A stretch of DNA of 64,000 bases from Trichoplax adhaerens (taxonomy: Eukaryota > Animalia > Placozoa), in the NCBI RefSeq assembly GCF_000150275.1, contig NW_002060945.1:6272612-6336611 (forward strand). Reading direction: 5' to 3'. A program made the translations under genes and the position numbers. Position 1 is the stretch's first letter; each line of letters opens with the position of its first letter. Below, in pieces: positions 26,945 to 40,200 of this stretch. The notes beneath the pieces are model-generated. The model worked only from the letters and a program-made list of their open reading frames with translations. It made no database searches and was not told the DNA's origin.

Positions 26945-29724
26945 CACTAATTAAAAAAAGGATGGCTGCTTAATATCATTTCATCATGATTATAGCATCA
27001 TTATTTATGGGATATTGAATCGATGGCAATAATATAATTGTATCCCTGTGTATTTTTGAAAACAAATCAAACCTTCCAAAACATTTGTAGTGCTGGTATT
27101 TGATACTGATGTCTCATCAATTTTAATTGAAATCAACATTCTTGATGAAATAGCCTCACCAGATAATGTCTGTAATTTATGTCAAAATGATTGCTTTTTA
27201 TTTGTAATCATATCGATGACAAAATATATTCTAATTATAATTGAATACATGGATACAAACTCAGTGTTGATCTATTCAAGAAACATTTTACAGTACTTTT
27301 AAAGTCTGATTATATTCTTTGCATTCTTGAATCGGAGACTGTTGCTAAGTAATTATAACTTTATTGAAGCTATGTGCAAACGAATTTAATTCTGTGTTTG
27401 CTTGATAATGCATTTTAATATAGTATCTAATATATTTTTATTGGTTCGCTTGAAGCTAAACAATTAATATGTGATACAAACCTGTAGCAGAATGATTTTT
27501 AAACTATTTTTCGTCCAATATTGACGGTCATAAATGTACATTTATATTATTATGTCAGTATACTTCAGTATAATGATCAGTAGGATTATATAAATCATTA
27601 AAATGATGATAGCAAATAATTAGTTCTCATTTGATTTATTCCAATATTTAAATAATTATCCTTATCGCACTAATTGCGAATAGCGTGCTAACATCTAATT
27701 GAGTATTTGATCTATTTCAATTATAACGCTAAATTAAAAACAAGATTTTATCTATAAGCGATTACTTTTACTGTTGAAATTTCTTGTAAAGTCATAAATT
27801 CATTTTCAGAATGATTATAAATTTCAATAAGAAAATTAGCTCGATAATGAGTACTGTAACCAATGTTGTAACAAATCAAATAATATAATTATAAGAGAAT
27901 ATTGACAGATGATATGACCATGCAACGAATAATTTGTTAGCTGATCGAGCTTTAATTTTGTATCTTTGATCATTCATTAATTAAATTCTTAGCTTGCTGC
28001 GGACTCTAATGCTTGAACCTAGGAATTTTGCTGCTTTAAATTAGTTTTACTGATCGTTAATTCTTTATATGTGCACTAACTGTGACAAGGGATCCAATGC
28101 TTATTCACTTGCTTTCCGATTTCGCATTTATTGGATAAAATACCAAATACAATCTGTCTAATCGTGATTATCGAAAATATAAGTAACTGATTTATTTTTA
28201 CTCTTATAAATTGTTATAGACTCCTTAATACTTTTTTATCATATGCGATTAACATCAGGCATATTGATAATAAAGAAGAACTCAAATTAGTATTTAGATA
28301 TTGAGATTATTATGTTAAATTATTTATTGATTATTGCATTAATCACATCCAAGTTTCATGTTTCATACTCGTGACTTTGTATTTACTGCATCTATCTATC
28401 TTTTATGCTTATAATTACACTGATAATCGTAATTATTAAAGTCAGCACGATTAAAATTTTTAGTTTCATTCTAATATTTTTCCATTACAAAATAGCCATA
28501 CTTTGATGAACTTTTACAGCTTTACCCTATAATTGTATTGATAGGGTGTTTCACTACTTACCACTTAATATTAATTGTAATTTAATGAATACTAGCAATA
28601 TTAGCATTCATTTATAATCATAAAGATAGGTTGAGATCATTTCTGTTAATGTATATTAAGATCGTAAATTTAATTTACCATCGATCTTCAATTTTATTTC
28701 ATGACCAAATTATACAGTATAAAATTCTTTTATTAATTGAGAAATAAAAGCATTGATAAATTAATCATCAAATTATTGTTCCTAAACCTTGGTCTTATGG
28801 CTATTAGAGACGCTGATCTTTCTTATCTTAGTATCATGTTCTAGTTGATTTATTTTATTTATTGAAGTAGAACGTAAAGACTTTTATGATGCTAAAATAC
28901 CATGAACTGTAAATTCATAGATGGGATTGTAGATCGGACTAGGTCGGACTATTAAAAGGTTTTAGTGATATTTATACTAGGTTTCTGTCATAACTATAGT
29001 ATTTCGTATTATTATATTGTTTAGCTACTTTCTAAATTTGAATGGGTAATTTTAGAATGAATGTTATCCGTAGATAGTGTCTAGAAACCCTATTAAAATT
29101 ATAGTGGAAGTAAAGATAGATTATATCTTAGAACTACTATAATTTACAGGATTAGACTAAATTTTTAGGACATCCTGAATGAAACATTTTGGACGCGCTG
29201 GCGTTTAAGCTTGAAAAAAATTACTAAAATTGTAACCTTTATGCTATCACTCTAATAATAATAATGCTAAAGTTCTATTTAAGCCAGCATATCTTGCTTA
29301 ATAAATGATGAGGAGTTTTCTTTGATTTCTTCGTGTGAAGAATCATCCACTGAAGTTGGCAGGGGCCTTATGGGTAACATAGTTCCTTTGTAGTAGATTG
29401 CCTAGCGACTATAAATTAGATTCGTTTTAGGGATGCTAATATCGATGAAGCGGTATCGAGTTATAGTGATAGTATAGAAATTACTTTCCTACATCGTGTT
29501 GCTGTGTTATGACTGATCCCAGTTTGTAACAGTACTAAGCACCTAGTACAATATATATTTATAATTAATTTTAATCTCATAAACCGAACAATTTAACTAA
29601 TGAAAAGTCAAAAATAGATAAATAATTACATCTTCTATCTATTGATGTGGCTTTAAATTTTGTCTGGTATAATCTGCTATAGGATTCAATCTTAGGCCGT
29701 GTTATTGGGCTTATTTATGTCTGC

Positions 29725-29797
29725 AAACATAGAACAGTAGAATACCAATATGAAATACTAAGAATATTGCGTATTGCCATTCTATAGTTCTATGTTT
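29725..29797. repeat. Imperfect inverted repeat (hairpin, ~35 bp arms)
   Basis: Left arm AAACATAGAACAGTAGAATACCAATATGAAATACT versus reverse complement of right arm AAACATAGAACTATAGAATGGCAATACGCAATATT. Confidence 0.75.
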
Positions 29798-31209
29798 CAT
29801 ATTTTTGTACAACATATACAGTTATTGCTGTAATTGTCTGCTAATTACATCTTATAAGTAATAATTTTACGATTATAATGAAATACATTTAATACGCCTA
29901 CAAAGAAACTATAATAATATTATGACTCATATACTGTATGAGAAACATGGTCGGTAAAGCAATAAGGCTAGAATTGTTTTCCATACATGAGGGCTATTTT
30001 CGTGTACGGTTCCCAATTACTATCTATTGTATCTATTTGTATTTTTATTCTGTTCCAATTTTAAATTCTAGTTCTATTTACTATCTATTTCTTAAGGTTA
30101 AGTGATGGAAGCTGATTTATTTTATACTGTAAAAAACTAACTGCTAAAATTTGTAGCCAACTTCGGTCAAACCAAGAATATAAAACTGTTCATACAAGAA
30201 TTATAATAATATTAAGAGAAACAATACTGGCAGTTAACGGGGTAACAAGGCGTAGTTTATGAATGACACAGCAAAGATGCCTGTTATATCCATTGATGTA
30301 GCCATTCTATTTCAGTATATGAATAACGGTAACATCTATCAGCAGATATACTGTATTAAGGTCTTGCTCTTAGAACTTAGTATGAGTAGCCTAATTTATA
30401 GGTAAGTCCGATACCTTATTATCTTGTAGTGTACAGACAAAGTGCTGTAGTGCAAAGTTAGGTTAAGCTAATTAGTTGGTAAGCCGATTAACGTCGCAGC
30501 TTACCATATTGTAGCAGTACCAAACTAAAGTAGACCGCTATCTTTGGTCTTAACATAAAGGCCATTGTGATGTGAAGGCTATAGATTGAAAAAGAATACT
30601 ACGATAGATGGTAGCAAAGCCAAGTTGAAATTATTGCTATAATAGTAATAAGAATGAATTGATTTCATATGTTTTCTTTCTGGTGAGTTATTTTTATTAG
30701 CGTCTCAAATATTGTCTCTTATACCTTCAGTTTCGCATTAAGTATGTTATGCATATAAAACTATCCCTAGTGCTCTAGTAAGGAAGGTCAAAATAGTGCT
30801 TCTCATAGGATCAGATCATCTTAAAAGAAGATGAACTTAAGTGATTATTCTAAACTGTATACGATCGATGACGGAATGAAATGGCGATTACCAGATGGTA
30901 AAACATAAGCTTTCCTTTTAATGAAATTATCCGTGTAATTATATCTTATTTAATACATTGTTAAAAATTGTATTGAATAATGAATAATTCATTTTTCACT
31001 GATCAATATAGCTTTTACAGAATTGATTGCTTTCGTTGTATTAGTATCCTAAATAATTTCAAGTTCAATTTAAAACGAAATATCATTTAATTGTAACGTT
31101 AGCAAACAAGTTAAAATATTCTCAATTTTTAACTCTCTTATTTTTCCGAATCATACAAAAGATCCACCTTACATCTACTTGGTGTATCAGCTGGTATTGT
31201 CTTAGAAAG

Positions 31210-34200
31210 ATGGCAAATACCAATCCAGAGCTTGTAAATGATGGATTTAGCCAAAAAGATGTGAAACAGAATTTTCGAGAATCTCTTACACCAGTAAAAA
31301 ATCTCGATTATGCAATGTCAAACAGTGATGAAAACAGAACTGATGTAGACACTGGTAAAAAGGATGCAGTAAAAGTCGACGAAGACGATATTGAGGAATC
31401 TAAAAGATTAATTATAGAACAGATTAAAATTGAAGGACTAATCGATGTTTATGTGCAAGATATCGATCCTGAACAAGAAAATGTATGCCGCTAGAAAATA
31501 GTAGACTGATTTTGAACAGTACTTTAATATCACATTTTAGTAATAATTAAAGTTTAGATGACATTAAACAACGAAATAATGCTAAGTAGATGTCAATTTG
31601 TGCAAGTTGTATACATCTAACAAGTTATTTTTTTCGACCGTTAGATTATCGAATGATTATAGTATTAGTGCCAAATTAAGTTGATATTTCTTAGCCCTTC
31701 GTATTGTACTTGTATTCTTTTAGAACATGGCATAAAGTCCACATTGTAGTGATATCAGTAACGAATTGAAGTGATATCAAGTTTAGCTTAGATATGATGT
31801 GCTTATCTCTCATGTGATGAGATACGAAATAAGTAGAGCTTATCAAGAAGATTGATGGTAGCATTTGTACTATGAATAATTAAAATTGACTATTTCAAAT
31901 TAATTACACTCATACTTGTTGATATAAATTTGCGATATCTGGGAAACGTTATACAGTAGTAATTATATTAAAAATGACTTTAAGTTAGTATTATCTAATG
32001 GCTATCTAAAAGGAATACTTATGTCCAGATTAAATTCCTTTTTACAGCCAGTGATAGGAAAGTGCTACAAAGCTTTATTTTAAAAGCTTTCAAATAGTTT
32101 AAAATTCAATCATTTAAAAACTGCGCAATCCTAATCTACGTGTATATCTATTTCTTGCTTATATAGCCTTCTAACTACAAATTTTCTATTAATTAAAATG
32201 AAGTATACGCGTATAAAGCGAAATTTTCCTTTAAAAATTTTATTGATAAAAAATAATACACTTTTTAACATTGTAATATTCAAAATGCTTCAACTGAAGA
32301 AATTAGCTATTTTCTACTGTATTTTACTAGACATTTTGTATACTACGGAAGAGAATGGGAGAGTACCAGATGCATCGATTTAGTTCAAACCAATCGTTGT
32401 ACTTTTTAGATCCAAGTAACTGCTTAAGGAAGGCCGCAATAACTATCACAACAAGTCAGTATCCTTTATAAAACGTTGAAAATACTTTTATAATCAAAAT
32501 ATAATCGAATCAAACCGAAATTTCTATCAATTAAAGTGGTCTTGTATATTCTATCTTACTGGTATCACACGGCAATAATAATTTTAAAATCTTTGTTAAC
32601 ATTATTTCTTAGCTAAATAATCATATGCAACGTATAAGTCTTCTTTTTGTCCAGCATCTTGTTATTGTAATCAGTATGTTGGGTTAAATCTAATTGTTGA
32701 AGTAGCAATTATTAAAAGTGAGTGTTAGAATGTCAATCAATTCGATATATTCAACCGCTGCGAATTGTCTAACGCAAAATAACAATATATAAACAGCTAC
32801 ACTAAAACTACTATTTGCCAAAGAAAGTAAAAAATATCTTAGGTTATGATATTGTTTATACGAAAACGTTCATTTGGCATACATCAATTTGAGTGGCGAT
32901 GTTATAATTGTATTTAATTTTAAATTATGCTTGTTAGCATTTTTCGCTACCATTAAAAAAAGAAATATTTTCCTTAAAATAACTCAATAGATATTTTGAA
33001 ATGACATTAATATTAGTGATATTAGCCAATTGTATATTTGTTGCGTTTCCCACTCAAAAATCAGATATAAACGCTTTATCGGATATGGAATATGTATCGT
33101 AAGTACTTCTATGATTGAACTAGTTTATTTTACTATTTCATATATTAACTTATTTTCGTCGCGCGGATGATGGTAATTCTAGCAATTTATTTTCTTGATA
33201 GATAGACTAGATCTAGTGAAATATAACTTTTCTTTTGTATGTCCTAATAGAATTGGTTTCAATGTATTCTACACAATTGAAATGTTGTTGAAGATTGTTG
33301 CTAGAGGATTTATTTCTCATCAATTTGCCTATTTACGAGATCCTTGGAATTGGTTAGATTTCTTTATTGTTATAATGGGGTAAGTTGAGTTCGTAAATAA
33401 TGATAGAAGAATTTTCTAATAAGGTAACATTAAATTAAACGTTGTCTAGTCAAGCAGTTACGCGTATTAAATTGGAATAGTATATACGTTTATTATAACA
33501 GATGAACTGTCTATAGTTGGGTTCAGCATTAACGTTTCGAGTATCCATTGATTATTATCACAGCTAAAAATTTATATCGTAGCAAGTATGGGTATCTATC
33601 TTAGCATAGAATTAGTTGGTAGTATTTAATAAAGATATGATTTTGCGGCTGTTGCATGTAATTCTTGGCCTGAAATATGATTAAGAGAAACGGCGTGTCT
33701 TAATTGCGGTTACTTTGATTTCATGCTATTAAGGTGCTGCAAACGGTATTGACTAGAATAGATATGATTAGTAGAACTATAATATAGAAGTAATAACAAC
33801 AGATCTTCCAAAATAGCCCTATTTTGATCTAGAATTACAACATAAAAACCAAACAGAAATGACATGAGCAATATAGTAATAGTAAGACTATTACTCCGTC
33901 ATTACAACTCTAAAATTTGCAATTAAGTTAAAATTTATAAAATGATTGAAAGTATTTTCGAACATAATGCTTATAAAGATTTGATTTAATAACTACTATC
34001 ATGATTTTAACTGTGGAATAAGATTTAATCAATTTTACATTTTTAGTCGTTTTGTTGCTATACTATTAAAAGAAATTATGAAGGAAATAGTCATCCTTGA
34101 GGGACTGTAATTATATAATTATGGCAAATTTCAGTTATATCGCAGTACATACTAGATATTATTCCTAGTTTTACAGTTTGATCTAATTTGTGAGATTATT

Positions 34201-37200
34201 TCTTATGGCTTGATATAACATTTGTAATAAAATGTTAGCATGATACTTGTAAGTAAATACGGCAGAAAATGATACCAAATTAATTTTAACTAAATTGTTG
34301 CGGTATAATATATATCGACAGGAAATTAAAGTTTTAATTGATTTGATTTTAATAATTATAGATATTTAACATTGCTTCCAAATGCCATACCTAGTATAAG
34401 TTCAGTCCGGGTTTTGCGAGCAATAAGAATGATTACGGCGATAAAAGGTATAACGCAAAAGTATCTATAGATCAAATTTCTTTAGTTTTGCATAAAAATC
34501 TTATTATAAAATTAGAGATTGAATATTTAAATTAATCTGTTTAGGGTTAAAGACTATCGTCAATGCAGTTATCCATTCCATGAATATGTTGGCCAATGTT
34601 TTATCATTGACACTTTTATTTTTAACCGGATTTGCTTTGCTGGGTGTTCAGTTATTTATGGGAGTTTTATCCAGAAAATGTATCAAGCAAAGATTCGATT
34701 TTAACGCAACTTATAACAGTTCAAAAGCATTTAACGATTATATTACTAATTCCAGTAAATAAATTAAAATTTTTAATTTTTAAAATATTTATATTGACGC
34801 AAATTACTATGGCTTTGATCTAAACCGTTGATATTTACTGATATATGTAATAATCTTCATTTTAATGTATATTTTAAACAGAAAATTGGGTTACTTCTGG
34901 AACGGAAAGTTCAATTATTTGTGGGAATGATAGCTTTACCAGGTTGAACTAGTTGATGTTGCATTGATATTTTACCAAATTTGCTAGATTTAGCAGTGCT
35001 TCATCTATTTCTGATGAGAACTGAATTCAGTTTATATATAGATTTTATAAGAAATCGAATAAGCTAAAATTCAGTGATGAATCCACTTTACTGACTGGAT
35101 TGATATTTCATTCTTTACATCTATATTTTTAGTCAGTTATAATTAGCTGTAATGTATCAATCTGACTTAGCTATATCTGTAATCGTAGAATATAGCTTAA
35201 GTAGATAATAGTATTAGAAACACTCATAATAAATGCTTAAATTGATGATGACAATGATAATTGTTTCTATAAGCTTTTCAGTCGTTCATAAATATTTGAA
35301 GAAAAAGGTTCAAATTCAAATTACTAAATTTCACGTTTCATAGTGTTTCTCAAATGTTACTATTTGATGTACGATTGCTAGTATTAAACAGTATTTCTTT
35401 GATTATAAAATACCATTATTTCCAATAAATTGGCAAAAGACTAATTTCATTCTTTTTTCTGATCTTGCTTTTGATATAATATGTAGACAATGTGATTATA
35501 TTCAAAAAGGTTCTGTATGCTATCAAGATGCATTCCCCAATCCTGGAAATTTAACAAACTACGATACTTTTCCGACATCATTACTTGTCTGCTTTCAGAT
35601 TACATCTCAAGATGCTTGGGATGAAGATTACAGATCGGTAAAGCTATTTTATAGCTTTATAATTTATTTCCGTGATTAGAATATCTGTAATCGTATAATC
35701 GTTTACCGAGCTTTAGCTACACATCAAGCGAGGGATCTACTAGTAATAGTAGAAAAGGAAAAAACAATTTTGTTTAATTTATTTTACGATTGTTAGAGAA
35801 AATGTGCAAGTTTGGAAAGATTTTTGCGAAATGTGTATATGCTAAATTTTATTTACTTCTTTTTCTATCTTACTGCTGATGGCAATCACTAAAAATCTGA
35901 ATAGATCATTAGCGCTCTTGGACCATACTACATCCCATTTTTTATATTTATTCTATTTTTTGGCACTTATTATGTGCTAAATCTTGTGCTGGCTGTCATT
36001 GCTTTGGCTTATAATAAGGAAGTTCGATTAATGGAAGATCAGGCAAGTATTATTTCCTTGATGACTCAGAAGCTTGATCTGATTTATTATTCTGAAAATT
36101 ACTATCTTTATACGATGAAGATACTCAAAGACCATAAACGTAATTTATTATCGTTAATACATTATCTAGCGTTTAGTTTTAGTTTTTGTTTCTTTCCATC
36201 CATTTACTAAAGAGTAATTGCTGTTTAACAGAGCTCGTTTCTATTAAGGAAAGTTGTACTTTGCTGTTCATTAATACTATTAGTTTTTCTAATATCAATT
36301 TTAACAGTGCAATTTTAAATATATCGATAGAGCGTTCATTACATTTGCGGAGTAATTATTAACTCTGCTTATTCTTATTTAAGCTATGAAATACGTAATA
36401 TTATTAACACCCTACAAGATTGGCTAGTTGTTAATACTATCCTATAAGTTCTGGACTCCTATCTTTGATACTAGATATGCTAAATTTTAGTGATAGATGA
36501 GTCTACTTATTTTAGTAGCAGCAATTTTATTCCTTATATAAATAGTATTGCTGTTAACCACGCTATGAAACTAGTTAATTAACACACAATCTAACAAATT
36601 TAGACTTTTCTCCAACTTGACAAAATAGCTGCTTACCTCTTAAATACTACTTTAAGAATACTCTATATAAAGCAATCATTTAAATCACAATTTATATATC
36701 TATTTCATTTACCTTTATAATAGAACGCTAGTAAATTCAATCGTTTAAGAGCATCCAGAGGCCAATCTTCCTTCACATTTTATCCTGATACCGTCCCTAA
36801 ACGATGGCATGCAAGAACAGTTCATGTTAATGTTTTAGAGTTATTGCCACGTGGATTTTCTGCAGCAAGACGACGTATTGATTTAAACCTCCGTCATAAC
36901 TACGATGAAGAACTAGCACCACCGGATGCTTATGCTCGAAATGAAGATTTAGGCCAAACCGATAATGGACTATCTCCAATATCGTTACATAATGCATCTA
37001 CTAAGAATCAACATAATAATATTGGGTTTACCGATGAAGAAGGCTGCATAACTGAACATAATGATGGACCATTGCAGGGAGATAGGGCAAATTGCCACGA
37101 TCTAGATCAAGGCAAAGTAAAGAATGGAATCGACACGTTGAATTCAAGACGTGACGAGGAGGAAACTAATGAGATAAATCGAATGGAGAATCATGATTTG

Positions 37201-40200
37201 CTTCCAGTTAACATCGATGTTGTAGTTTGTGAGAAGTATATCGAAGAGGAAGATAGTAAAGCTAAAGAAATGAAAATGACAGATGAAGATGCTAGCAAAA
37301 ATTTATATCCCAAGTCGGCCAAATTGAATAAAATAAAGGAAGGAGAAATTAACACTGTACAAATCAGCCCTGATTCTGGTAATAATAATGAAAATCGTAA
37401 TCACTTCAACGTAGTTTTAAAGGAATTGCAGGAATATCATACTAACCGTACTCAAGGTCGCCAAGACAAGTTAGGAAGTACTGAGTTGTCGTCATCACTT
37501 AAGAAAGCTGCTACGAAAATCGATCAAAATCACGGTAATCGACCATCTAATAGAATTATCTTATTGAAGTCTATTTAGTTATTTACTCTAAGTATTTGTT
37601 TTGCTAATAATATTAATAGTACTTATTATCAATAAATAAGATGTAGAAGATGCAGGAAAAGGTTTAGATGGTGCTGTAGCAAGACGAGATCTGCGAATAA
37701 GTGTACGTGTTGCTAAAACTTCAACGATAAAATCAAAGCATGTTGAAGTATTACTACCACCTCCATCAGTTGGTAAGGTCTTGACTATTTTACCATATTA
37801 ATCCATTAGTACTCAATAATGCTGTCCGCTTCACTGGATTTAGTTCGGTTATTTATCATGATTGATTGATGGGCAAATGTTTTTTACATGTAGAATCAGG
37901 AGAAGTAAAATCACTTGATGGTCATAATACGAAGGATAAAAGTGAAGATGATCAAAATTTGTCATGTTTTGGTCGTTTTCGCAAGAGATTAAGAAGTATA
38001 TTCTTAAGTCCACTATACGAACCTGCTATGGAAATTTTTGTTATTATTGATTCGACAGTAATGGCGCTTTACATACCTCTTGATGATAAATCTCAATGGA
38101 GAATTATAACAATTTACGTAAGTAAGATAGGTTATTATTGGAATCTTGAATTATCAAATGATGAGTACATTGGTATACTAGCGGTTATTGATGGTAGTAA
38201 TCTTCCTCTCTTCAATATCGTTTCTCCACTAAACATGTACTTAAGTCTATAATATTGTTTCCAGCCTCACACTTAATCAGAAAGAGCTACGAATATTCAG
38301 ATTGTTACTGTTATTGACTCACCAATTAAGGATTAACTGTATAAATTAATTTCTTCAACGTACGTTACTTGTTACTCAGTTTTATGATGCCTAATTGATA
38401 CCATAGCTCATTTGACGCCTGGAGAGCTCTTACAGGTCTTACAAATCAAATAATTTCATGATAAGCGGAAAAATTAGTTTCTTCAACGCTCTCTCACGGC
38501 AGCTGTTTCTCAATTTTATGACATCTGATTGATGTTTGACGTATGGAAGTTTTTGTAGCGCTTACTTATTAAATAATTTCATGATAACTGTATAAACCAA
38601 TTTCTTAAACGGCACTCTCACGGTATTTAATACTCTATTTTATGATACCTAATTGATGCCATAGTTCTTTTGACGCATGAAGAATTTTTATAGGTCTGAC
38701 TAATCAGATAGTTTCATGATAATAACTCCAATCAGAGAACATATGGCACATTTCTGCAAATGATGTGAACTTGACCTGTTCGATATGGAAAGGTCCTACA
38801 ATGGACTAAACCTGTAAAGAATGATCTACGAATAAAAAAATTAACATGGATTTTAATGTTGCTAGGTCTTATCCGGTATATTTGTCATGGAAACCGTGTT
38901 GAAACTGATCGCTCACAGACCACGCCAGTTTATTAAAAGCAAATGGGACATTTTTGATACTTTAATCACCCTACCAACATTAGCGCAAGCGATTTTGTTG
39001 ATTACAGGCGTTAAAGAGACGGAATGGATTATAGCTGCCTTAGTTACTCTTCGAGTCGTAAGTAACTATGCGAATTGATTTATATACTAATAGTAACAGC
39101 GTAGTTTTAAAATAGTAACAGTGATAAATTACTATCCTAAGAAAGTCTAGATAATATAAGCTAACTCGAATAATTTAAGGATTGGTAGGATAATCGCACT
39201 GTAGGTTAAATTGTTAGGTACACATACCGGCATTTGTCGAAGAATACGTTTAAGTATACTTATATAAGTGCAAAAGAGAAATTAACTTCTAGTGTAGTCC
39301 TCCGAATAAATGATATTGTAGGTTAAATTATTAGGTAGACGTACGCGCCGAGAAATACATGTATGTGTACTTATAGAAGTACAAGAATGAAATTTGCCTG
39401 TAGCACGCTCTCAAAATAGATTATGTCTCAGGTTAGATTGTTAGGTATACGTATATGCCGAGGAATATACGTATGTGTACTTATTTAAGTGCTAATGCTC
39501 AATTTTGTCCGTGGCGCACTCTCAAATAGATTATGTCGTAGATTATATTGTTAGGTACAAGTACGGTATTTGCTGAGGAACGTATGTGCACTTATATAAA
39601 TAAAAAAGTGAAATTTGCCTGTGGTGCAGCCCTCAAAATAGATTATGCTGTAGATTAGATTGTTAGAAATACGTACATACCGACGAAATCTATGTATGCT
39701 TATATAAATGCAAAAGCTAAATTTAGCTGTGGCGCACTCTTAAAATAGACTATGCCGTAGGTTAGATTGTTAGTTAGGTTTACGTATATGACAACGAAAT
39801 CTACGTGTACCTATGCAAGCGCAAAAGCTAAATTTGCCTGTGATGCAGCCCTCAATGTAGATTACGTTATAGGCTAGATTATTAGGTATGAGTACATGCT
39901 AAGGAGTATATGCGCACTTATGCAGGCACAAAAGCGAAATTCATTTATATTACAGCCTCAAAGTGGATCATACTGTACGTTAGGTGGCAAGGTAGTGAAG
40001 GTTCTGTTGAAACCCGATCCCGGCAATTATACATAATAGCCGGCTAAAGCTCGAAATAAAAGTAAAAGTATTAGGATTGCAATATTTTTGCTCTTACTTC
40101 AAACTTTAGCCGGCTATGGTAATGCTATATATTCTGCCTGTTAATATCGCTAGATTAATAGATAGATGCTGATAGTTGAAGATCTGACTTATGCGATATA

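Noticed and set aside
35011-35035. CTGATGAG followed by the palindrome AACTGAATTCAGTT (hammerhead-like start)
   Set aside because: No following GAAA or flanking stems
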